A stretch of DNA of 64,000 nucleotides from an uncultured Candidatus Saccharibacteria bacterium (GTDB taxonomy: Bacteria; Patescibacteriota; Saccharimonadia; CAILAD01; BJGX01), in the NCBI GenBank assembly GCA_964390265.1, contig CAYMHI010000004.1, positions 922-64,921 of the forward strand. The letters run 5' to 3'. Below are positions 18,908 to 27,334 of this stretch, one piece after another. Each line of letters starts with the position of its first letter. Within the stretch, counting starts at the first letter, position 1. The notes under the pieces are model-generated. The model saw nothing but the letters and a program-made list of their open reading frames with translations, ran no database searches and was not told the DNA's origin. The translations under genes and the position numbers were made by a program.

Positions 18908-21727
18908 TTAGCATAGTTTGATATTCTTCATTTTTTGATGTTTCTTTAACTCGCTAACTATATTTTCTATGCGGTTATTTATTTGTTTGCCTTGGGGATT
19001 TGGACCAAAATCAAGCCACACTCTAAAACTTAATCGTTTTTTAGATTGACCACTCAACACGTCATTGGCAAACTCACTAACAAACTCCAAGCGCTTCAAT
19101 ACATCTGAGGTAGGTAAATTATCTAATAGGTCTTGCCACCATACATCGCTGGCTATCTCAATAGTAATATCTCTTTGAACTAGTTGGTAAGGCAGTGTTG
19201 GTTTAGACTTTGTAGTAGGATTGGTTAGCAAATCTGAGCTCAAGTCTACTTCGGCAAAACTAACTTTTTTACTAATTTTGTGTTCTACTAACATTTCAGG
19301 AGTAATTTGCCCAATTAAACCAACCTCTTTTTTGTCTACACAAATAGTAGCCGACCTGCCGTCTACAAAATTTTTGTTATTATTTGGCGCTATACGCATA
19401 TTCCATCCATATTTTGAGTGTAATATATAAACTAAGTTTTTGAGTAATTCTATTCCATCGCTACCAACCGTCGTAATTGCCAACTTCCACCGCTCCTGCT
19501 TACCATTCTTTTTAGTGGAAGACTTAATATAGCTTCGTGAAACTTCAAAAAACCCATACACATCTTGCCAATAGCTATTGTTGTTGGCTACAGTTTGAAT
19601 GTGGCTCATTAGCAAACTGCTACGCAAATACTCCTGTTCGATACTTAGTGGGTTCACTATTTTTAAGTTAGCACCAACTTCTGCACTCGCAGTTTGTAAG
19701 CTATTTTTGTTAACAAACGAATAAGTCATTACTTCAAACAGACCCCTACCTGCTAAAAGTTTTTTTAGCTCCATTACGCTTGGTACAAACGTATGCTCGC
19801 TGGTATCGGTCGGAGGGAGCTGGGGGAGAGTAGCCGACATATTCTCATAGCCAACTATTTTGGCCGACTCTTCGTATAGATCTTGCTCTATTCGAACATC
19901 GTCTCGCCACCACGGTGCGGTAACTGCAATAATATGATTAAAGTTATCTACATAGCGCCTTGCTCCCAAGTACCCATAATTTTGAGTAAATTCACTTAGA
20001 TCCACCTCTATCACCCCTTGCTTGCGTCTTTTTACCCACTTTTTATTACGATATTCATACTTGGCCGCCATCACCACTTTGCCCTGACCAATATAAATTC
20101 CGTTGTGTCCAACTTCTTTTTTTTGATCTAGCTTTTTCTTAATGTGGTTACCGCTATCGTCTTTTAGGTAGTAGTGATCATCTACCGAGCGCTCTATTTT
20201 GCCTTTATAAAATACTACATCGCCGGGTTTTAGGTTGCCAACCTCCACGGCCTTACCATGATTATATTGCGCCAAAGCAGTATGGCCTATATACACTCCT
20301 ATAAGCGAGTAGATATAATCTATAAGATAGGAACAGTCAAAAGCATTTGTACCATCTTGCTTATAATTAGCACCCCATTTGTATGGTTTGTCAAGATGTT
20401 TTCTGGCCTCTTTAGTAACTGAGAAATGCTCGGCTTTAAAGCCTCGCTGTTTTAGCCCCTCTATTATCTGTTTTTCGTCTAATTTTACCCCCAAAAAAGC
20501 CTCCGCTTTACGAACTCTCAAACCAATATGTTGAATCCAGGGCCAAGCATAGAGTTGATCGAATGGACCATCAATTACCTCGGCCTGGCATATAGTCTTG
20601 AACAAATAGAGGAGACGCTCGGCCGCATAAATTGGAAGGGGGAGAGGTAAGCCTTTTTCAAACCGAGCACTAGCTTCGGTACGAATACCGTGCCTAGTAG
20701 CGGTGCGGCGTATTCTAGAGCCATCAAAATTAGCTACCTCCAATACGATTTCTTTAGTGTTTTTGTCTACTTCGGTAGATTTGCCACCCATTACTCCAGC
20801 CAAACCTATTACACCACTGCTATCAGCTATCACCAAATCGTTACTACCAACTTTTCGGTCTGTATCGTCTAGGGTAGTAAGAGTTTCGCCATTCTTGGCA
20901 AATCTAACCTGCAGACTGCCTTTTAGCTTTGCGCTATCGTAAGCATGTGATGGTTGGCCAGTTTCTAGCATTACAAAGTTGGTTATATCTACAATAGGAT
21001 TAATTGGCCTCATCCCAGCAGCTTTTAAGTTTTCCACAAGCCAGTCTGGCGATTTTCCTTTTTGGCTAATTTTTAACTTTGCACTAACAAATCGCTTACA
21101 CTCTCCTGTTTCTTTTATTTTTGCAATCTCTGAGCTTTCGAAGTTGGCCTCATCGCGACTAGGTTGTACCAAAGAATTATTTGATGAGTTAGCACAAACT
21201 TCGCGGGCCAAACCCAAGATTGAGAGCAAATCGGGCCTATTGGCGGGCGTCTTAATATTCACAATATCGCCCAAATTATCTATGTCGCACAATGATATTC
21301 CAAGGGGGAGGTCAGGGTCGAGAACAGCAATACCAGAGTGATCATCTCCTCTCCCCAGCTCTCTTTCAGAGCAGAGCATACCAGCCGATTTCTCACCCCG
21401 CAACACTGCCGTTGCTATTCTGTCCCCGCTAGGTAGCACCGTACCCGGTTTGGCATAGGCTACTATCATACCTTCTCGCAAGTTTGGTGCACCACATACT
21501 ACCTTAGCTTTGGTTTTATTGTAGCTAACTTCTGCCAACCTAAGTCTATCAGCATTGGGGTGTTGCCAAACTTTCAAAACCTTGGCTGTAACTATGTGTT
21601 TATCCAGGCTGGTTGAGCGCGCTACGTCCTCCACTTCTACCTCAGTGCGTTCAAATGCCGCCACAATATCATCAGTTTTGAGCTTTTTTTTCAAATATAA
21701 GTTTATAAAGTTTACTGGAACCAACAT
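18908..21727 (-). CDS. pheT: phenylalanine--tRNA ligase beta subunit carrying an inserted NlpC/P60-like domain
   Basis: tRNA-binding, B3/4 and B5 domains and ...VTAPWWRDDVRIEQDLYEE... core are collinear with PheT. A ~165-aa insert has YKWGANYKQDGTNAFDCSYLIDYIY...GHTALAQY...LKPGDVVFY...HNGIYIGQGKVV. Start set at the MLVPVNF Met, 4 nt after the pheS stop (the ORF track extends 22 codons further). Confidence 0.88.
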   Translation of the reverse strand: MLVPVNFINLYLKKKLKTDDIVAAFERTEVEVEDVARSTSLDKHIVTAKVLKVWQHPNADRLRLAEVSYNKTKAKVVCGAPNLREGMIVAYAKPGTVLPSGDRIATAVLRGEKSAGMLCSERELGRGDDHSGIAVLDPDLPLGISLCDIDNLGDIVNIKTPANRPDLLSILGLAREVCANSSNNSLVQPSRDEANFESSEIAKIKETGECKRFVSAKLKISQKGKSPDWLVENLKAAGMRPINPIVDITNFVMLETGQPSHAYDSAKLKGSLQVRFAKNGETLTTLDDTDRKVGSNDLVIADSSGVIGLAGVMGGKSTEVDKNTKEIVLEVANFDGSRIRRTATRHGIRTEASARFEKGLPLPLPIYAAERLLYLFKTICQAEVIDGPFDQLYAWPWIQHIGLRVRKAEAFLGVKLDEKQIIEGLKQRGFKAEHFSVTKEARKHLDKPYKWGANYKQDGTNAFDCSYLIDYIYSLIGVYIGHTALAQYNHGKAVEVGNLKPGDVVFYKGKIERSVDDHYYLKDDSGNHIKKKLDQKKEVGHNGIYIGQGKVVMAAKYEYRNKKWVKRRKQGVIEVDLSEFTQNYGYLGARRYVDNFNHIIAVTAPWWRDDVRIEQDLYEESAKIVGYENMSATLPQLPPTDTSEHTFVPSVMELKKLLAGRGLFEVMTYSFVNKNSLQTASAEVGANLKIVNPLSIEQEYLRSSLLMSHIQTVANNNSYWQDVYGFFEVSRSYIKSSTKKNGKQERWKLAITTVGSDGIELLKNLVYILHSKYGWNMRIAPNNNKNFVDGRSATICVDKKEVGLIGQITPEMLVEHKISKKVSFAEVDLSSDLLTNPTTKSKPTLPYQLVQRDITIEIASDVWWQDLLDNLPTSDVLKRLEFVSEFANDVLSGQSKKRLSFRVWLDFGPNPQGKQINNRIENIVSELKKHQKMKNIKLC

Positions 21728-21731
21728 GTTT

Positions 21732-22724
21732 TTAAAACTGCTCCAAAAAGTTAAATTGGGGTCGCCACAGTTCTCGAAGATCATTGAGTCCATATTTTAT
21801 TACTGCAAAGCGCTCAGCGCCCCAACCGAATGCAAAACCAGAATACTTGTCGGCATCAATACCGCCATTTTTTAATACTCGAGGGTGCACCATGCCTGCT
21901 CCGCCTAGCTCTAACCACTTGCCATTGTAGCGACAATCTAGCTCCACTGAGGGCTCTGTATATGGAAAGTAGCTGGCTCGAAATCTAATATCAACATCCG
22001 GGCCTAATAAACTCCTTACTACTCTCAATAATGTACCTTTCAAGTCAGACATAGCCACCCCCTCTCCTACTACTAGCCCCTCTACTTGGTTGAATATCCA
22101 TGCGTGAGTAGCGTCTTCGTCTTCATTTCTAAATACTCTACCAGGTACAATTATTTTAAATGGTGGCTTGTTTTTCTCCATAAATCGAACCTGCATACCA
22201 GATGTATGAGATCTAGGTAAAAGGTTCATTTTGCCGTTATCGATATAAAAAGTGTCCTGCATATCCCTAGCCGGGTGCGACGCAGGCATATTCAACGCTT
22301 CAAAATTATACCAATCAGTCTCAATTTCTGGACTATCAACAATTGCAAAACCTAGCTCGGTAAATACTTGGTAGGTCTGCTCTAGAACCATACTTGTAGG
22401 ATGTATATGACCATAGTCCTGGCCAAAAGCATTGGTAGTTGCACTTAAGTCTAGCGGCTTAAATTTTGATGAAGTCAAAACTCTCACTTTTGCAGAATTA
22501 TAAAGTTCCTCTAATGCACTTCGCACATCGTTAAGCCGCTTTCCGTTCAATGCCCTATCTTTTTGCGACATGTTCTTAAGCTCTTTTAGGTCCATTACGA
22601 TGTGGCTTTTACCAGATAAATATGTAGCCTTAGCCGCATCTAACTGCTGTTTATTTTTTGCATTAAAAAACTGGCTTTGGGCTTGTTTTAAATAATTTGA
22701 TGATAAAGATGGTAATTTATTCAT
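21732..22724 (-). CDS. pheS: phenylalanine--tRNA ligase alpha subunit
   Basis: Class II motifs: FRNEDEDATHAWIFNQVEG, FPYTEPSVELD, GWGAERFA. Confidence 0.93.
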   Translation of the reverse strand: MNKLPSLSSNYLKQAQSQFFNAKNKQQLDAAKATYLSGKSHIVMDLKELKNMSQKDRALNGKRLNDVRSALEELYNSAKVRVLTSSKFKPLDLSATTNAFGQDYGHIHPTSMVLEQTYQVFTELGFAIVDSPEIETDWYNFEALNMPASHPARDMQDTFYIDNGKMNLLPRSHTSGMQVRFMEKNKPPFKIIVPGRVFRNEDEDATHAWIFNQVEGLVVGEGVAMSDLKGTLLRVVRSLLGPDVDIRFRASYFPYTEPSVELDCRYNGKWLELGGAGMVHPRVLKNGGIDADKYSGFAFGWGAERFAVIKYGLNDLRELWRPQFNFLEQF

Positions 22725-22728
22725 ATAA

Positions 22729-23118
22729 TTAGTTAGTTTTTCTGGTTCTAAAATATAATTCTATTAGTAATACAGTAAGCGCAAAAAGTATAATATCTCT
22801 AAAACTTAAACTTTTAAGGGTAGATAGAGCTATAAGCAAGGTGGCTGTGAAGCCTAGTAAGAACCCTGTTCTTACAGATCCTAATAGAATCTTTCTGGGC
22901 TCATTTCTTTTTTCTTCACTGCGCAGCTTCCATAAATAATCTATTAAGGTGATTAAACTAGTTAAGCCTATTAGAATACCTATAAACCAAAAAGTTATTA
23001 ATGCCGGACCCAACTCTTTTGGTGTGAAGCCAAATACTATATATAGCACAAAGGTTAACGATGCCAAAAGAAGCACCGATAAAACCGAAATACTTATAAT
23101 AATTGTTTTGCCTCTCAT
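22729..23118 (-). CDS. small 4-TM membrane protein
   Basis: 129 aa, four hydrophobic helices; stop lies 4 nt before the pheS start (same operon). Confidence 0.5.
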   Translation of the reverse strand: MRGKTIIISISVLSVLLLASLTFVLYIVFGFTPKELGPALITFWFIGILIGLTSLITLIDYLWKLRSEEKRNEPRKILLGSVRTGFLLGFTATLLIALSTLKSLSFRDIILFALTVLLIELYFRTRKTN

Positions 23119-23512
23119 AGTGTAACTCTATTATCTGACAAAACTACGAGTTTGTACATATATCTGTGCTTTGTGATTATCGTACATAATAATTACTCTA
23201 ATATTGCATACATTATTTAATTGTCTAATCTGACATTACTTACGAACACTATTATTATTCTTTATTTTTAGACTTGTCATTAACAATTCTTTAATAATTA
23301 AAATCTGAACTTTATATGCATCCTTCAATAATACTGCGACGATTTACCCCACGTAGTTATAGTTATTATATTTACCATATAGCTAGGGCTGTGGATGAGT
23401 GTGTATAAGTATAGTATTTGTTGTCAGCATAACTTGACAAGTTTTTGTTAAATTATGCATAATTTTGTTAAACTTTATTAACATAACTACTACTATGTTA
23501 TACACATACTAA

Positions 23513-23540
23513 AAAACCACCCTGTGGGTGGTTAATCACT
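23513..23540 (-). terminator. rho-independent terminator (CCACCC-ACA-GGGTGG + T6) on minus strand
   Basis: Minus-strand reading UUAACCACCCACAGGGUGGUUUUUUAG, inside the 1-kb intergenic region downstream of trpS. Confidence 0.5.
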
Positions 23541-24117
23541 AAATAATAACTAATATGGTTACGGGCCAACGTATCTGCCCAAAAAAGAAAAACTTTAAGT
23601 GGCACACGCTGGCCCGTGGTAGTCTACCCTAAAAGTAATTCTAGAGCTGACATTGCTGTCAAGACACGATATTAATAGCATATACCTAGCTATATAATCG
23701 CAGTTGACGACTTCCCTACCACTCTTTTGGCAGTCCAGTCAGATAGTGCGCCCCAAAAATATAGAGCGCAATATCTGACTGTCTCCGGCGGAATGATAGA
23801 CAATACATATATTTTAGAAGGTACAAAACGGAAAATATATGTATTAAAACCTCGAACAGTAGGGAAAAACTGGCCATAAAAAGCAAGGGGGCTGCCTTTT
23901 ATGAACCAGGTGTCCCCTACCATTTGGTTATATAAATCTTATCGCGAGATCATAAGATTAGATATTGTAGAACGAAAAAATGTATGTGTGGCATATCTTT
24001 TTTGTTTTTGTTTTTAAAGAACTTACTAATAGATACATTGTATCAAATGCTTATGCTTATGTCAATATTTATTAACGTAATTATTACAATCTAACCTGTT
24101 AATCTATAATGACTATT

Positions 24118-25104
24118 TTACAACAATCCAATTTTTTCTTTGACTTCTGCTAGTTTTTTGTTGGCAATTACAGAAGCTTTGTTGCTTCCTTCTTCGATAA
24201 TCGTAATTAATTTGCCCTCATCTTTTCTAAAGCCATTAAATTTATTCTGCAGGTTGGTTAGTTTTAGGGCTACAAGGTCACCGAGGTCGGTTTTAAGCTC
24301 TCCATATCCTTTGTTGGCATATAGATTTACGATATTGTCGGTACTTTTTTCGGAAAAACCGCTATAGATATCTATTAAGTTTGAGATTTCTGGCTTATTT
24401 ACCTTATCATAGATGATTTTATTATCTGAATCTGTAACTGCTCTCTTAAATTTCTTTTTCACCATTTCTTCGGGTTCAGAGAGCATTACAAAGCTATCTG
24501 GGCTGTCAGATTTACTCATTTTTTTACTTGGATCATCTAAGCCCATTACCCTAGAGCCTGTTTTTGGAATAACCGCTTCTGGCACTACAAAAGTATTTCC
24601 ATATAGCTTATTGAATCTATTGGCGATATCTCTAGTAAGCTCGATATGCTGTAGCTGATCTTCGCCTACCGGAACCTCATTGCTCTCATACAGAAGTATG
24701 TCTGCAGCCATTAGTACCGGGTAGTTAAACAGCCCAACCAACTGGCCCTCTTTGCCGAGCTTACGAGACTTATCCTTATACTCTGTCATTCTAGAGAGTT
24801 CTCCCATTGTAGTGTAGTTGTTTAATATCCAACTTAACTCTGCGTGGGCCGGCACCATAGATTGCACTAGTAGTATAGATTTTTGTGGATCGATACCTAC
24901 AGTTAAGAGCCAAGCTATAAGGTCGAAAGTTCTTTTTCTTAACTCTGCAGGATCTTGTCTAACAGTAATAGCGTGTGAGTTTGGCACAAAGAAAATAGTT
25001 CTTGCATTATCTTTTTGGTATTTTGGCCAATGCTTCATTGCCCCCAAATAATTACCAATTGTCATATCGCCAGATGGCTTTAGTCCTGAAAATACTGTTT
25101 TCAT
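24118..25104 (-). CDS. trpS: tryptophan--tRNA ligase
   Basis: Class I HIGH-like (DMTIGNYLGA) and KMSKS (KKMSKSDS); typical 328-aa length. Confidence 0.92.
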   Translation of the reverse strand: MKTVFSGLKPSGDMTIGNYLGAMKHWPKYQKDNARTIFFVPNSHAITVRQDPAELRKRTFDLIAWLLTVGIDPQKSILLVQSMVPAHAELSWILNNYTTMGELSRMTEYKDKSRKLGKEGQLVGLFNYPVLMAADILLYESNEVPVGEDQLQHIELTRDIANRFNKLYGNTFVVPEAVIPKTGSRVMGLDDPSKKMSKSDSPDSFVMLSEPEEMVKKKFKRAVTDSDNKIIYDKVNKPEISNLIDIYSGFSEKSTDNIVNLYANKGYGELKTDLGDLVALKLTNLQNKFNGFRKDEGKLITIIEEGSNKASVIANKKLAEVKEKIGLL

Positions 25105-25121
25105 AAATTTATTATATCAGA

Positions 25122-26213
25122 TTATTCTTCGTTCTGTGGTTTTTCTACCTCTAGCAGCTCCACTACAGCCTCAGAGGAAGCAATTTTCACAACATCTTTA
25201 TCTATCTTCTTTAGCTCTTTATGAGCAGTGTTATAGTGATTTACGGTTGTACCGAGTGAATTGCCGAGTTTGTGCATATACTCATCGTAGCTTCCCAGGT
25301 GTTTGCCTAGCTGACCTACGCGCTTTTGAATCTCTTTAGCCTGCCCTTCTATCTGAAGGCTCCTAAGACCTTGCATTACTGTTTGAAGGTAGGCCAAAAA
25401 TGAGGTTGGTGATACTATAATTACTCGCTTTTCCCTAAAAGCATACTCTATAAGGTCTTGAGAGCTAGTCTGCATTGCACCGATTTTGTTAACCAGCAGA
25501 TCGTAATAGATTGCCTCTGACGGAATAAACATGAAGGCGAAATCCATTGTTCCCATACTGGGCTGAATATATTTGGCTGTCTCATCTATTCGAAGCTTTA
25601 AGTCAGCTTTAAATTGTTTAATAATGTTCGCTTTTGATGTAATATCTTTTGTCTCAATTAACCTATTATAGTTCTCTAAGCTAAACTTAGAATCTACAGG
25701 TAATACCTTGCCATCTTGCAAAAATATCGCGGCGTCTACTATCATGTCTTTGCCGTTTTCACTTCTGCCAATTTTGTACTGTAACTTAAATTGTTCTGGT
25801 GGCAACACATTTTCCAGTACTGAGCCTAAGTAGTATTCGCCCAATACGCCTCGCTGTTTTGGATTAGAAAGCACGTTTTGCAGCATTTTTAGTTCGTCTG
25901 CCACATCTACTACTCTCTTATTAGTCTCATCGAGCTTAGTGAGCCTATTATTGACGTCTGCTATCAACTTGGCCGATTCACTTAACTGTTTTTGCACCGA
26001 CTCACTGTTGCTACTTTGCGAGCGATCTATACGATCATGTATTTGAGTTTGTGATTGTACAAGGGTTTGATTGAGCCCTTGAATGTCTTGTTTTAGTGAA
26101 GACACCGCTCCATCGTCTTTAATAGATTGTAGGCGTGCATTGAAAGACATAAAAAGAAGTATAAAGCCTATCACCATAATAAATAGCAATATAAACAATA
26201 AAATCGTAATCAT
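25122..26213 (-). CDS. rmuC: DNA recombination protein RmuC
   Basis: N-terminal TM, long coiled-coil, C-terminal RmuC region (FAFMFIPSEAIYYDLL). Confidence 0.75.
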   Translation of the reverse strand: MITILLFILLFIMVIGFILLFMSFNARLQSIKDDGAVSSLKQDIQGLNQTLVQSQTQIHDRIDRSQSSNSESVQKQLSESAKLIADVNNRLTKLDETNKRVVDVADELKMLQNVLSNPKQRGVLGEYYLGSVLENVLPPEQFKLQYKIGRSENGKDMIVDAAIFLQDGKVLPVDSKFSLENYNRLIETKDITSKANIIKQFKADLKLRIDETAKYIQPSMGTMDFAFMFIPSEAIYYDLLVNKIGAMQTSSQDLIEYAFREKRVIIVSPTSFLAYLQTVMQGLRSLQIEGQAKEIQKRVGQLGKHLGSYDEYMHKLGNSLGTTVNHYNTAHKELKKIDKDVVKIASSEAVVELLEVEKPQNEE

Positions 26214-26289
26214 TACTTTAGTATACCTTATTTAGTTACGAACACAAGCCGAATACATAAATTTAAATAAGTATTACCAGTACAAGTAT

Positions 26290-26655
26290 CTAAAATTCTT
26301 CAGTAAGCAGACGCTGTAGAGTTTTGAAAATAGCTAACACAAAAAACACAAAAGTGAGTAGCAGTAGTCCGGTCTGTAAGTATGCAACCAGTAAAAAGCC
26401 GAAACCTGTCGGTGAATTATCGCCTGTAAATAAAATACCATACATAACGAATTTTACTATTTGAACCAGTATAAAACATACAACCGCATATATTAGGTAT
26501 TTTTTAGCCTGAGTGAGGGCTAGTTTTTGTGCACGTTGTTTAGATCTTATTTTGGCTTTTTGGGCGCGAGAGTAACCAGAGCTTACTGAAGACTTTATGT
26601 TTGCCCGTTTACCTGACTTAACTTTACGAGATTTATTCTTCATATCACGAAACAT
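26290..26655 (-). CDS. small basic membrane protein
   Basis: Lys/Arg-rich N-terminal 50 aa followed by two TM helices. Confidence 0.45.
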   Translation of the reverse strand: MFRDMKNKSRKVKSGKRANIKSSVSSGYSRAQKAKIRSKQRAQKLALTQAKKYLIYAVVCFILVQIVKFVMYGILFTGDNSPTGFGFLLVAYLQTGLLLLTFVFFVLAIFKTLQRLLTEEF

Positions 26656-26818
26656 TATACCATAACAACTAAGTTATGGCACAAAATGAACATATAAATC
26701 ATGCCGTAAATATTAATTTATGTGCTAAATAATACCCAGTATATATTAGCTCATAATTATTATTTTGCTTATAGGGCGGGCTTTATTGCATTGCAAGTAG
26801 TAATTTGTTGAACACATA

Positions 26819-27334
26819 TTATATTCGCTTCATCCACCATGGCGTTTTGGGCACTTTGCGATATTTAGTATGAACGATTTTACTGGCTGTTTGTGTGTTA
26901 AGTCCAAAGTACTTGTCTACAATAGCTGCCCAATTATTTTTTAGCCATGTTTGTTGTTTAATATACAACTCTTCAAGCCCTCTCTCGGCAAATTCTCTCC
27001 TTATAACTCCACCGCTGTGTGGGTGTTTTTGTTTTTGCTGGTAGGGCGAGTTAAAACCATGAGCGTAATGTGTCATCTCGTGCACTATGGTAGCCACTAC
27101 AATATACTCAGGTATGTCTGTGTCTTGATAGATTGGATTAATAGTGATGATGGTACTATGTCGATCTTTTGGGTCGAGACTTATTGAACCGAGTCGACGT
27201 TTGGCTTTTCTGCCGTACCGAATGTGTACGACATTACTCTGCTGTATATCTATAAAATACTTATACCATATATCGGCTAACATATTTTCTAGCCACTCTT
27301 GGTCTCGTATGCTGTCTTTCACTAGCATATTCAC
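26819..27334 (-). CDS. SprT-like zinc metallopeptidase-fold protein
   Basis: YGRKAKRRLGSISLDPKD...ITINP...ATIVHEMTHYAHGF...HSGGVIRREF matches the SprT family HExxH...H arrangement. Confidence 0.5.
   Translation of the reverse strand: MNMLVKDSIRDQEWLENMLADIWYKYFIDIQQSNVVHIRYGRKAKRRLGSISLDPKDRHSTIITINPIYQDTDIPEYIVVATIVHEMTHYAHGFNSPYQQKQKHPHSGGVIRREFAERGLEELYIKQQTWLKNNWAAIVDKYFGLNTQTASKIVHTKYRKVPKTPWWMKRI

Noticed and set aside
23119-23540. T-box leader for the pheS operon.
   Set aside because: The GGGUGG-containing hairpin at 23513..23540 is a simple terminator (CCACCC/GGGUGG stem + U6). The AAUUAGGGUGGUACCGCG T-box consensus and specifier-loop architecture are absent.
23690-23923. 77-aa ORF in the trpS-pheS intergenic gap.
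   Set aside because: It has no SD and an odd composition, and sits in a region better explained as promoter/leader or ncRNA. It is kept only as part of the intergenic finding.
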